Source: a virus (taxonomy: Duplodnaviria > Caudoviricetes). Taken from it: a stretch of 46,686 nt of DNA. Within the stretch, counting starts at the first letter, position 1, and every line of letters begins with the position of its first letter. Shown here in pieces: positions 36,133 through 45,746 of this stretch. A program made the position numbers and the translations under genes. The stretch spans positions 1 to 46,686 of IMG/VR virus record IMGVR_UViG_3300027697_000031; one strand, given 5' to 3'. The notes beneath the pieces are model-generated. The model was given only the letters and a program-made list of their open reading frames with translations. It made no database searches and had not been told where the DNA came from.

Positions 36133-37647
36133 TTAACCAAGAACCGAACCGAACAGACCTTGAGTTTCTTTAATTGCTCGGCGTTTGCGTTCGTCAGCGG
36201 TGTTATACATATTCTGTAAGTTCTGTGCATAGCCCATAGTACTGAGGCTTGACGCACTTGGGTACAGATTCAGTCCAGCAGTCCTTGCTCGGTTCTGTGC
36301 ATCAACAGCGCCAAGGAATCCGGTATCGTAGGCAGTACCAACATCACGCCCAGTGCCTAGTCGAATACGGCGTTGCTCGGCTTCACGCATACCGACTCTA
36401 GCCTGAGGGATCTTACCTAGTGTTTCCCGCTCAACCCTAGCACCAGCCTGTTGAACTTGACGCGCACGCTGAAGACCGAAGTACTCAGGATCAAAGTAGT
36501 TAGCACCTTGAACCAACGAACGGGCGGCATCAAGTTTTTCTCTAAACATTTCTTGGTTTGTAGAACGAAGCGTTTCAAGTTCTTGACGCTGTTGGTCAAG
36601 CAATTGTTTTTCTTCGGGGGACATACCTTCAGGTGCAAGATAAGTACCAGCAATTTGACCGGCAGCACGGAGAAGGAAATCAGCCTGTTTCTTAGGATCA
36701 GTAACACTCTTAACAAGTTCAGAGCCAGCCTTTTGAACGCCCGTAACAAGACGATCACCTAGTGTGCCAGTTGAACCAGCAGTTTGTGGAGCAGAAGTAG
36801 GCGCAGTGCTAGGAGCAGTGCTAGGAGCAGTGCTAGGAGCAGGAGCCGCAGGGGCAGTAGCAGTATTAAGTCCAGCACCCTCAGCACCTTGAACCGCAGG
36901 AGTCGTACTAACTATTTGTCCTTCAGTATTTGTAACGATTGTTGAACCATCACCTAAAGTTTGAATAGACGATCCATCATCAAAGGTTTGTGTACCCATC
37001 CGATAAGCAGGGGCAGATGTGCCAGATAGTTGTGCGCCAAGATCAGATGCAGTTTGTGCAGCGGCTTGTGCATCTAAACCACCTTGAACAGCCAGACCAG
37101 TGGATTTGTCAACAACATCATACAGACCAGTTTCTACGTTATAGGAAGGAGTAAAGCCTGACGTAGCGCTAACAGGGGCTTGAGAACCACCAACGGCAGC
37201 ACTAGCGGGGGTATTGAGCGCACCCGTAGCAGAGTTAATCCCTTGGTAACCAGAAATACCACCGCCAATAGCGCCAAACAATGCGCCACGACCTGCGTCT
37301 TGTCCAGTTACTTTAGCCGCCACAGCACCAAGGGCAGCACCTACGATACCGCCAGCAATTGCACCGGATGCACCAGCGGCAAACGTACCGGCTAGAGCAG
37401 TACTAACTGCACCTGAAAGACCGATAGAAGAAGCAATTGCCGGAGCAAAATAAGGAACAGCCACGGCTGCGGCCACAGCCACTACGGCTTTGAACACATT
37501 ACCACCACCGCCGCCATGCAGTGTAGGTTGTTTGTGCATCAGCGAGTATGCGATGGGGTTTAGTTTATGCGGGCCAGCGCCACCAAAGGCATCAAGCGGC
37601 ATGTACTCAAGTTCAAGCCCATAAGGGGCGCGGGTAGTAATAGACAT
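36133..37647 (-). CDS. Internal virion (ejection) protein
   Basis: LHGGGGG followed by Gly/Ala hydrophobic helices; lies between the GNAT-like and SLT genes. Confidence 0.65.
   Translation of the reverse strand: MSITTRAPYGLELEYMPLDAFGGAGPHKLNPIAYSLMHKQPTLHGGGGGNVFKAVVAVAAAVAVPYFAPAIASSIGLSGAVSTALAGTFAAGASGAIAGGIVGAALGAVAAKVTGQDAGRGALFGAIGGGISGYQGINSATGALNTPASAAVGGSQAPVSATSGFTPSYNVETGLYDVVDKSTGLAVQGGLDAQAAAQTASDLGAQLSGTSAPAYRMGTQTFDDGSSIQTLGDGSTIVTNTEGQIVSTTPAVQGAEGAGLNTATAPAAPAPSTAPSTAPSTAPTSAPQTAGSTGTLGDRLVTGVQKAGSELVKSVTDPKKQADFLLRAAGQIAGTYLAPEGMSPEEKQLLDQQRQELETLRSTNQEMFREKLDAARSLVQGANYFDPEYFGLQRARQVQQAGARVERETLGKIPQARVGMREAEQRRIRLGTGRDVGTAYDTGFLGAVDAQNRARTAGLNLYPSASSLSTMGYAQNLQNMYNTADERKRRAIKETQGLFGSVLG
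36803..36840. repeat. 12-bp tandem repeat, 3 copies (encodes APST repeats)
   Basis: GCAGTGCTAGGA at 36803, 36815 and 36827. Confidence 0.8.
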
Positions 37648-38127
37648 TTAAGCCTCCGTCAAATTAAATCTCATGTGTGTATACACATGATTAAATCCAT
37701 ATCGAGAAATGACACGCTCCATTGCTGGGGATACCCATCCCTCAATGGCTCGGACACCGTTCATGTAAGCCCAACCACACAATCTTTTCCAAAACTTTTC
37801 AAAAAAGAAGTCAAGATCAGATCCGCCAAGTGCAAGAATGTTCATAGCCGGTAGCCTTGGGTATTGAACGATTTCAAGGACAACCACCAACTTAACGTCA
37901 GGTGAGATGCACTTATCATTCTTGACAACAAAAACATAAAACTTGCCTTGTAAAGCAAGTGTGTAAATGTCATCAGCGGTAATCTCTCCATGCATGGATC
38001 GTTTGATGCACTTCTCCACAAGTCCTTTGGCTTTAGGCCAATACTTGTCAAACTGTTCCTTGGTGCTAAGTAGTAGGGCATCGTAGTCTTCCAAGGGTAT
38101 CGGGTCGAATCCGGGTGGGTGCGCCAT
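37648..38127 (-). CDS. GNAT-fold virion assembly protein (position equivalent to T7 gp13)
   Basis: EIVQYPR...NILALGG and WA..NG...IEG...ERV..RYGF motifs. Confidence 0.6.
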   Translation of the reverse strand: MAHPPGFDPIPLEDYDALLLSTKEQFDKYWPKAKGLVEKCIKRSMHGEITADDIYTLALQGKFYVFVVKNDKCISPDVKLVVVLEIVQYPRLPAMNILALGGSDLDFFFEKFWKRLCGWAYMNGVRAIEGWVSPAMERVISRYGFNHVYTHMRFNLTEA

Positions 38128-39119
38128 TAACTAGCCTTTGGTTTATTGGAGTATGCCTCCAACAACTTATCAAAAAACTCTGTGCCTTTTGCTTTTACAA
38201 CATGGGCAGGGATTACATACTCACCTGCGGACACACGAATCGGGATACTATCGCTAGTGCCTGTACCAGCACCTTTTACTTTACCGCCCATTGCAGCGTG
38301 GTCACCAGCAGTAACAACACCGCCGTCACGCATCTGAGGCAACTCAGAAGGATTAATCATTGGTGCAGTACCCATACTGCCACCCATACCCATTTGCCCA
38401 ATCATCTGTTGTGCAGCACGGAAAGCAATAATAATTGTAATAACTAGACCCTGATCGAAATCAGCAGGAAGATCTTGCTCACTAGCCAGTCCTTGTTGAA
38501 TTGCAAAACGACGCAGATACGGATACATGTCAGGATTTTGTAAAGCAGTCATAGCCAACTGACCACCTTGATTCATTTCTTCAGGAGTCAACTCACCCGT
38601 TTGATAACCAGCCATAATGGCTTGTTGAATCTCAGCCACGGCTTGTGGTTGCGTACGCATAAATTCTTGAATCTGCATCTCAATCATCTGCGGAGACATA
38701 TTCTCTTGTGGTTGGGCTTGCGGGTTCATACCAGCGGGGCGTACGGGCGCACCGCCTTGTCCGACCATTCCGCCTTGGGCGTATGTGGGTTGAAGTCTGA
38801 AGTCGAGTGCAGGAAATTGTGGGTTCACGGCAGTAGTCCCCATAGGAAAAGATTGAATGGCACGCTCATTAACAGCAACTTGTGGAGATCCAGACCCCAT
38901 AAGGCCGGTCAAAGACGCGGGTAGATCAAGTGAATCAGTAGAAACAGGCAACTCCGTAGGTAGCGCAGATGGCGCTGGAGTCATTACAGGAGCAGGAACA
39001 CTGCTCAAATTTGTTTGCGCTGGGCCAGCGACAGTAGGTTCGGCTGGCTGAGGAAGCGCAGCCGGAGCCTTTTGTTGCATATTTAGAATTGATAAAACCG
39101 GATTCGCAGCCCTAGCCAT
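38127..39119 (-). CDS. Virion protein with C-terminal GAGTGTSDSIP..VSAGEYVIPA motif
   Basis: Motif common in tail/tape-measure and injection proteins; three xxGGxV motifs. Confidence 0.65.
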   Translation of the reverse strand: MARAANPVLSILNMQQKAPAALPQPAEPTVAGPAQTNLSSVPAPVMTPAPSALPTELPVSTDSLDLPASLTGLMGSGSPQVAVNERAIQSFPMGTTAVNPQFPALDFRLQPTYAQGGMVGQGGAPVRPAGMNPQAQPQENMSPQMIEMQIQEFMRTQPQAVAEIQQAIMAGYQTGELTPEEMNQGGQLAMTALQNPDMYPYLRRFAIQQGLASEQDLPADFDQGLVITIIIAFRAAQQMIGQMGMGGSMGTAPMINPSELPQMRDGGVVTAGDHAAMGGKVKGAGTGTSDSIPIRVSAGEYVIPAHVVKAKGTEFFDKLLEAYSNKPKAS

Positions 39120-39122
39120 AAC

Positions 39123-39470
39123 TTACCCTTTCAATTGAACGATCATGGTGTTAATCACTGATCTCAAATAGGCAACATCGTTCGCAAGTTCTTGGACATT
39201 TAGAATCAACTTTGCAAAGTCGTCCAAATCTGCTACGTTTTGCCCGCTAATAGTATACCCTTTACCTTCGGCTGTGACACGTTTCATATTCAATTCTCGT
39301 GCCTCATTTACCGTAATGTCAGACCGCACAACCGCCCGACTTGCTAAATCCCCTTCCCCCCGAATACCGCAGAGCAACTCCACGTTTTCTTTCATGGTGT
39401 TGGACAACTGGTTTTGCCACTCGTTAAGACCAGTTGGTACGGCAGGGATGGCTGTAAATCGTCCGGGCAT
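39123..39470 (-). CDS. Tail-associated hypothetical protein
   Basis: MKENVELLCGIRG motif; TAATG coupling to the upstream tail gene. Confidence 0.65.
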   Translation of the reverse strand: MPGRFTAIPAVPTGLNEWQNQLSNTMKENVELLCGIRGEGDLASRAVVRSDITVNEARELNMKRVTAEGKGYTISGQNVADLDDFAKLILNVQELANDVAYLRSVINTMIVQLKG

Positions 39471-42085
39471 TAGGCAGTCCTCAATCCATAGGGAGTTTCA
39501 CCAATGTGGATAGCCCGGACTCTAGCCGAACCAGACACACCAACTTCAAAGGTGTCCGAGCGATACCCAGTGGGGAGGCGGAACACCTCGTCACTACTTA
39601 CTGTGGCTTGGAACACCAGCACTTTATCGACCCATAACTTAAAGGTCACTGGTAATGTACCGCCAACGTCTTTTAACGACCGTGTAAGGTTATCCCCGTT
39701 AATTACGGTGGAGTTCAATGTGCCATCGTTAGCAATGCGAATACCTAAAGAAGTAACTCGGTCGTAGGGGCCATTCATATCCCCTAGTCCCTTAAGGCAG
39801 ATGACCGTACCAGAAGTATCTGCCGTAGTGCTGACCGTAGTACCCACATCTGCAAAGGTAAAGGTCGTTGAGTTTACGACAGTTATCTCAACTTGTTGGG
39901 CATTGAATGTCGAAGCCGTACCGCCGGTAAACCCGGAAATGTCAACCTTTGATCCAGTTACCAATAAATGCGGCGTTGCAGTAACAATGGTCGCCACGTT
40001 GGCGTTACGGGCATAAGACGCCGTTTGTGTAGGGGTAGAGTAGTCTTCCCAAACCTGAGTGTTATAGGCTGGAACCCCAGCGTTATACGCCGCAATAGCC
40101 TCTGTCTCAGCATCAGGAGTTGCAAAGTCCGCAATAATCCGCGCTGCACCAAGGTTCAAAAAGTCCTTGGTAATAATGGTTTTAGATTTCCATTCCATTG
40201 AGGAAAGAGGTTGCGTGTCCAAATCCCATTTGTACAAATTACCTAGGGCGTCCCCAATATAGTAGAAATCATTGGTTAGTGGGTCATACCATGAGGCTGT
40301 AAACTTATAGTTAATCTGGACAAAGTAGCCACCGATTCGGTCATCTCGCTCAAAAATAAATGAGTTCAAAGCGTGAGAGCCAAAGTACTTACCATTGTAG
40401 AATTTACCCACAATGGTAGAAGGGTCAAGGGCTTCGTTCCATGTATCCCAGTCGTGAACCAGTTTAGTCATTACATCCATACCGGCGGACGGATTGTAAA
40501 GCGCCATGCCCCCATAGGTAGCGTAGGCTACGCCATAACCCATGTTGACAATTGACCGTTTAGATACGCAAGGAAGCAGGGTGTCAATACGGGCAAACGC
40601 CATTGTCGCAGGGTTGTTACCTGAAACTTGGTATGGATACTCCTCAGTCAAAACAAGGACATATCCCGCAGTAGCGGCAATCCCAACGATTTCGTCTTGG
40701 AAAGTTAGGGCATATTTTTCCGGCCATGCATGGGGTAGTCCCGGCTCAGAGAAGTACAACTTGTTGCCAGTAAATCCTACCAAGATGTTATTTTGCACCG
40801 CAGTAAGACCTTGCAAATTTTCTGGTGGAGGATCGTAGTCGTCCGTAAGCAGTACATCAAAAAGCAAAGTAGAATCAAAGTCGTCTGTAAAACTATACGA
40901 TCCGTCACCCCAGTAACGAGCAGTGGAAGTCGGAGGATTTTCAGAGACATCGTGATACAGCGTACCAGTAGTATCAGCCGTTGTAGCCGTAGTAGCAGCC
41001 GTCTGAGCGTACTCAAAAGTGTAGTCATCAATGACACTGGTAACTATACCGCCTGTAATGTTAAACGATGTATTAGTGCAACCACTAAGTTTGAATCGAT
41101 CATCCACCACTAAGTTGTGGTGTTTTTGTAGTTTGACGCGTGAAACATTGGCGGTTCGACTAACTGTGGCAGTTGCAATTGGAAACCACAGGGTCTTAAG
41201 TAGATAGTAGTCCGTACCAGAAGTTGAAGGTAAAGTTCTATACAGCCGTACTCCGCCGACAAAGTAGTTAGCCGAAGGAGTAGCCGTAGGCAACCCAGTA
41301 ACAGTTACTGTTTGACCCTCTTTAATGTACAGCGCCGTAGATGGCTCAGAAGCAATAGACTCCTCCTCCCACGGGGTGTACCAAGTAAACACATAAGTAC
41401 GGGTTTGGGTATTACCAGCCAGTGAGACACGACCAGCCGAGTCAGCCGTAGTTGAGACTGCTGAACCGGGGTTAAAGTAAGTAAAGGTCGTGCTGTCGAC
41501 TACGGTTACCTCAACGTTGGTAGCGTTAAAGGTCTTACCCGTAGTCGTTGTAAAGTCACTAATCGTAACGATATTACCAGTACGCAATCCATGAGCAGCA
41601 GAGGTAATGATAGTGGCAGTGTTACCAGCATCACGAGCGTAGGAGGTTGTGGTCTTTTGGGTAAAAGACGTTGCGCTTGTAGTAAGCGTTGTCGTAGGTA
41701 ACGGCAACCCCAGATAGTAATAGTTGTTTGGGTATGGCTCTCCAGTAGCAGTAGCCAGTTCATAGTTCGATACCTTAGGCACACCATCGCCGGTGTAGTA
41801 GAACCGTTGTTCTTCGTCGTTAGAGTCAGAAGCCACGGCAATATCCACATCATTGAGCCAAGTCAAAAACTTTAGCACCCCTGTACTGGGAGTGCGTAAT
41901 GCGTATAAAGTTTTAATCTCACCTGTACGGTTGACATTACCGACGTTAAAAGGTAGACGATAGGGAATCAGATCGCCTGAATACAACTTGACGTTAAACG
42001 CCAGTTGAGCAGCAGAGTCCGGCAGCAACTCCGAAGCAATCTTCGGTGCTTCTCCAAGAAACTTAACGATCTTTACTGCGGCCAT
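39470..42085 (-). CDS. Tail tubular/nozzle-like protein with three inserted small beta domains
   Basis: FLGEAPK N-terminus, TYVFTW...EES, LYFSEP..PHAWP and CVSKRSIV motifs; likely start ATG 42085. Confidence 0.75.
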   Translation of the reverse strand: MAAVKIVKFLGEAPKIASELLPDSAAQLAFNVKLYSGDLIPYRLPFNVGNVNRTGEIKTLYALRTPSTGVLKFLTWLNDVDIAVASDSNDEEQRFYYTGDGVPKVSNYELATATGEPYPNNYYYLGLPLPTTTLTTSATSFTQKTTTSYARDAGNTATIITSAAHGLRTGNIVTISDFTTTTGKTFNATNVEVTVVDSTTFTYFNPGSAVSTTADSAGRVSLAGNTQTRTYVFTWYTPWEEESIASEPSTALYIKEGQTVTVTGLPTATPSANYFVGGVRLYRTLPSTSGTDYYLLKTLWFPIATATVSRTANVSRVKLQKHHNLVVDDRFKLSGCTNTSFNITGGIVTSVIDDYTFEYAQTAATTATTADTTGTLYHDVSENPPTSTARYWGDGSYSFTDDFDSTLLFDVLLTDDYDPPPENLQGLTAVQNNILVGFTGNKLYFSEPGLPHAWPEKYALTFQDEIVGIAATAGYVLVLTEEYPYQVSGNNPATMAFARIDTLLPCVSKRSIVNMGYGVAYATYGGMALYNPSAGMDVMTKLVHDWDTWNEALDPSTIVGKFYNGKYFGSHALNSFIFERDDRIGGYFVQINYKFTASWYDPLTNDFYYIGDALGNLYKWDLDTQPLSSMEWKSKTIITKDFLNLGAARIIADFATPDAETEAIAAYNAGVPAYNTQVWEDYSTPTQTASYARNANVATIVTATPHLLVTGSKVDISGFTGGTASTFNAQQVEITVVNSTTFTFADVGTTVSTTADTSGTVICLKGLGDMNGPYDRVTSLGIRIANDGTLNSTVINGDNLTRSLKDVGGTLPVTFKLWVDKVLVFQATVSSDEVFRLPTGYRSDTFEVGVSGSARVRAIHIGETPYGLRTA

Positions 42086-42086
42086 A

Positions 42087-42551
42087 TTAGGCAACCAATC
42101 CGGGTAGATAAACCGTCTTGCCGTCTTTTTTGACAGCCGTTAGGTTTTGTTTTTTTAAATTTGCAGGGTCATACGATACATGCACCCAACCTGAATCAGG
42201 GATACCCGGAGTATAGAACTCAAGAATCAGTTGCGTATACTGCAAGTTATCCATAATCCAAATGGCTAAGTCCGCGTTCGGGATGCCGGGGATTTCGATG
42301 TCCGCCGCTTGCCCTTTGCAGTGGTCGCTGGTTTTGGAGCCACCGACTTTGGCGTTGACTTCCGGGTGACGGAAGCCGGAGTTGACTTTGACCCCCGTTT
42401 TGAAATGCTCTCTAACAGGCTGAAGAACCTGTTCACATAGTCTTTTAAGGTTTTCAATTTCAGCCTCCCCCGGTGTGTTATCCATATCATGCCGCAGTGC
42501 AGTCTCTGACTTCACCATTTCAGCAAGGGTAAAGTTAGTGGTCAAGTTCAT
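42087..42551 (-). CDS. Endolysin, peptidase M15A family
   Basis: NFTLAE, SGFR, SDHCKGQAADI and WVHVS zinc ligand motifs. Confidence 0.9.
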   Translation of the reverse strand: MNLTTNFTLAEMVKSETALRHDMDNTPGEAEIENLKRLCEQVLQPVREHFKTGVKVNSGFRHPEVNAKVGGSKTSDHCKGQAADIEIPGIPNADLAIWIMDNLQYTQLILEFYTPGIPDSGWVHVSYDPANLKKQNLTAVKKDGKTVYLPGLVA

Positions 42552-43003
42552 TTTTTCTCCAGCAAATCGTCAAGTTGTTTACTCTTTTCCTTAGAGCCAG
42601 CCGAGGAACCAAAATAGTAAGACAGAATCTGGGTTACGGCAGCAGACAACACTCCAAGAATATAGATCAAAATATCCTTAGCCATTGGTTTAACTTCAAT
42701 AAAGATTAGTATGGCAAACAGTACGAAGGACAATGTAATTACACCAAGCGCCAGAATAGAGTTGATGTTCTTAGTAACAGGGTGAACATCTGCGGAGGCC
42801 ATAGCCGCTTCACGACCACGAGCAGAATCACGATCTTTAGCCTCAATCTCCATGCGTTTGACATCGGCTTCAAGGTGGGCTAACTCGCCTTTTTGCGCCA
42901 GTTCAAGTAGTTTGGCTTGGGCTTCTGCCTTAGCAGCAGGATCAGGCATAACCCGATCAAGTACCTTTTCGCCAATCTTTAGTATTGTGTCGAGTCCAAT
43001 CAT
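42548..43003 (-). CDS. Holin-like membrane protein
   Basis: D...PDP..K, DRDSAR.RE, two TM helices and YYFGSS.GS; adjacent to the endolysin. Confidence 0.75.
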   Translation of the reverse strand: MIGLDTILKIGEKVLDRVMPDPAAKAEAQAKLLELAQKGELAHLEADVKRMEIEAKDRDSARGREAAMASADVHPVTKNINSILALGVITLSFVLFAILIFIEVKPMAKDILIYILGVLSAAVTQILSYYFGSSAGSKEKSKQLDDLLEKK

Positions 43004-43461
43004 TACCATGCCCCCGTTACTTTAAGGATTCCATAAATAATTCCACTCAGTAGAAATATAAGGATCCAAGTCAATCTTTCTTCGGCCCGCATCCGCTGAA
43101 ACTCATGGTCAAGCGTCTGCCTTTCCTTACGCATTTGTGCAACTAATGCTTTTACTTCTCCTACTGCGGCTTTTCCAAATTCACGACCAACTTCTATATA
43201 CATCTGTTCTTCAGCATCTCTAATCTTTCGCACCTCACGATACTCTGTGGCTGCGTCAACAAAAACTAAATCACCACGGCGCTCAAGTTGTAACTGCTTT
43301 TTCTTCCATGCAATCCTTGCTCGTGCTTCCTCATCAAGGAAGGAGTTGACCTCTGCCCCAGCCTGTTTGATTTCCCGACCAACCTTGATTGCTTCCTTGA
43401 TACCACCAAGGGCTAAACGCGCAACTTCGGCCGGATTCCCCGGATCTGGTAACTGGCTCAA
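43003..43461 (-). CDS. Coiled-coil protein with a C-terminal TM helix
   Basis: TTG start with SD GGAGG; lysis-region position. Confidence 0.6.
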   Translation of the reverse strand: MSQLPDPGNPAEVARLALGGIKEAIKVGREIKQAGAEVNSFLDEEARARIAWKKKQLQLERRGDLVFVDAATEYREVRKIRDAEEQMYIEVGREFGKAAVGEVKALVAQMRKERQTLDHEFQRMRAEERLTWILIFLLSGIIYGILKVTGAW

Positions 43462-43492
43462 GATTCATCCTCCGTCCCTGATAAGTAGGCTA

Positions 43493-43645
43493 CTACTTGC
43501 CTTTTTTCATGCACTTGCCCATTGCCTTACACTTTGCAGCGTTGGGACAGCCGGGACAAGGTTTGAAAGTCATACCACCTTTGGCGTAACCCATTGGCTT
43601 AGCGGCGACTTTCTTTGCAGCAGGTTTCTTCATCATTCCGGGCAT
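43493..43645 (-). CDS. 50-aa Lys/Met-rich peptide with YAKGG and four Cys
   Basis: Read manually: MPGMMRKPAAKKVAAKPMGYAKGGMTFKPCPGCPNAAKCKAMGKCMKKGK; SD AAGGAG. Confidence 0.65.
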   Translation of the reverse strand: MPGMMKKPAAKKVAAKPMGYAKGGMTFKPCPGCPNAAKCKAMGKCMKKGK

Positions 43646-43647
43646 GG

Positions 43648-43830
43648 TCATACTCCTTTAAGAACGATAGCCACAAGGATACCCGCCATACCGACTATCA
43701 AAGCACCGGCGGTTTTAATCATTAGAGACTCCAGCCGATCAACGCGCTGGATAAAGGTGTTGTACCGCTCTGCACAAACGGCTTCATGCGAGGTCAGTTG
43801 CACCTCTAATTCATGCGTTGTTGTTGCCAC
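43648..43830 (-). CDS. Small coiled-coil plus TM protein (XhlA-like)
   Basis: HEAVCAERY...RLE followed by a TM helix; SD GGAGG. Confidence 0.7.
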   Translation of the reverse strand: MATTTHELEVQLTSHEAVCAERYNTFIQRVDRLESLMIKTAGALIVGMAGILVAIVLKGV

Positions 43831-43984
43831 TTTCGGCCTCCATTACTGCTTGGGTTTGGTCAATTACCGGAGGTAAATCCGGTTCTACGATTTCAGGTTC
43901 AATAACTAATACACATCCCTCAGGTACTTCCTCACACCGAGCAAGCGCACCGTTAGGGAACATGACTAAAGGTTTGCGTGTCAT
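43811..43984 (-). CDS. 57-aa acidic hypothetical protein, possibly a fibre chaperone
   Basis: Read manually (MTRKPLVMFPNG...); ATGA coupling with the upstream glycine-rich gene. Confidence 0.55.
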   Translation of the reverse strand: MTRKPLVMFPNGALARCEEVPEGCVLVIEPEIVEPDLPPVIDQTQAVMEAESGNNNA

Positions 43985-45423
43985 GCTGTAAATGTTCCAG
44001 ATGAAGTAAAGGTGTGGTAGGTATAACCGCCACTAGAAACAACAGTTCCTCCTGTCCCGCGTTGAGAACCGGAATAACGAATAATTACAATGCCGGAACC
44101 TCCTGAACCACCAACACCCGATCCTTTGTTGTAAGCACCGCGACCGCCGCCTCCGCCGCCTGTGTTAGCAGTTCCTGCTATGCCTGAACTTCCGTTTGAA
44201 TCACCGCCGTTACCACCTCCACCATCCCCGCCGCAACCACCGCCGCAGGTAGATCCGTTATATGATCCTCCGCCACCACCGCCGCCATAAAATCCGCTAG
44301 CGCCTGTGGAAGTAGCCGATGCCCAAGTAGACCAAGTATTTAAACCGTCACCACCAGCACCATTGTGGTCTGTATTTCCAGCCTCTCCTAATCCACCACC
44401 ACCGCCAGATGCGCTTGAAGTTTGTCCAGCACCACCAGCCGATCCGTAATGAGCGGTTCCACCAGTACCTTGTGTAGCGGAACTTGCTGAAGCACTATTT
44501 TCACCACCACCACCAGAACCTCCGTTTGCACCAGAAACATAATTGCTTACATTTCCTGCACCGCCACCACCTCCATATCCAATCATGGTACTACCGCCAG
44601 TTTGGAGCGAAGAGTTAGACCCGCTAGGAGCCCTATCATTTGTCATGCCAGAATTAGATGTTGGGCCTGCGCCACCTGCGCCAACAGTTACTGTGTATGT
44701 ATTAGACGAAAGCGTTAAATTGTTGTGGTAGGCTGCGCCGCCTGAACCTCCACCACCGCCTGACCATCCATTTGTAGTAAAACCACCAGCACCACCACCA
44801 GCAATAACAAGTGCTTCTGCCCCTGAAAGAGATATTCCACTTGGTACTACAAAATTACTAGATGATGTAAAAGTGTGGTAACGATAAGCACCAGATGTTG
44901 TAATTGTTCCGCCAGTTGGCAACCCTTGAACAGTCTTGCTAATAGAATTGCTTGAAGTAGTGCCGTCAATATTTATTACTGACAGAGCAATTGTATCTCC
45001 AGCAGTTTGACCATATACAGCCGCAGGAACTGAAACAGTAGCAGAACCTGAAGTAACAGTTACATTAGTTACATCTGCTATTGTTGATCCACTTTCAGAA
45101 AAACGAACTGTAATAGTATCTGTTGCATTATTTAGTGAAAGTGTAAGGTTAGACGATTGAGCAGCATAAATTGTTCCTGTTACTGAGTTAATAACTGGAA
45201 TTAAATTTGTGCTAATCCATAATGATCCGTTATGAAACTCAATAGAGCCAGTAGTTGTGTTGTATCTAATCATCCCTGATGCAGGTGTACCGGGACGCTC
45301 TGCTGTCGTTCCGGCAGGCAGATCAAAATACCCCGTGCTACTGTTAGCCTGGTCAGATACACCTGTTGGGGTAACACTTACCCCTGCAATGTTAGGCGAT
45401 GGCTGAGATCCAATGTAAGACAT
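43981..45423 (-). CDS. Glycine-rich tail fibre/adhesin protein
   Basis: GTTAERP...GMIRYNTT shaft motif, Ig-like segment and a polyglycine domain bracketed by two YHTFTSS motifs. Confidence 0.75.
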   Translation of the reverse strand: MSYIGSQPSPNIAGVSVTPTGVSDQANSSTGYFDLPAGTTAERPGTPASGMIRYNTTTGSIEFHNGSLWISTNLIPVINSVTGTIYAAQSSNLTLSLNNATDTITVRFSESGSTIADVTNVTVTSGSATVSVPAAVYGQTAGDTIALSVINIDGTTSSNSISKTVQGLPTGGTITTSGAYRYHTFTSSSNFVVPSGISLSGAEALVIAGGGAGGFTTNGWSGGGGGSGGAAYHNNLTLSSNTYTVTVGAGGAGPTSNSGMTNDRAPSGSNSSLQTGGSTMIGYGGGGGAGNVSNYVSGANGGSGGGGENSASASSATQGTGGTAHYGSAGGAGQTSSASGGGGGLGEAGNTDHNGAGGDGLNTWSTWASATSTGASGFYGGGGGGGSYNGSTCGGGCGGDGGGGNGGDSNGSSGIAGTANTGGGGGGRGAYNKGSGVGGSGGSGIVIIRYSGSQRGTGGTVVSSGGYTYHTFTSSGTFTA

Positions 45424-45743
45424 TAGGTAATCTCCAGAACAGATGCAATGACATCGGCAGACGATGATGCTGACGATAAGACCTTGAGCGCATCACCTGA
45501 TTCCAGCACCAGTTTCTGATCCCCGCCAATTGGCACTAATGAACCGCCGCTTGGTATCACCGCGCCCTTAACAATGTAGTAGTTAGTGCCGCCAATTGTG
45601 GTGTAGACATCCACATTGATAGTCGATGCTGTGATGTTAGCAACGGTCATACCGATCACCGTAGTGGCCGCAGATGCCGTTACAACAGTCGCTGCAGATG
45701 TACCAACAGCAGCGGACACATAATTTTTAAAAGTATTTGCCAT
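45423..45743 (-). CDS. Small virion structural protein
   Basis: MANTFKN...KLVLE.GD...ADV..SVLEIT pattern common in aquatic phage tail modules. Confidence 0.7.
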   Translation of the reverse strand: MANTFKNYVSAAVGTSAATVVTASAATTVIGMTVANITASTINVDVYTTIGGTNYYIVKGAVIPSGGSLVPIGGDQKLVLESGDALKVLSSASSSADVIASVLEIT

Positions 45744-45746
45744 GTT

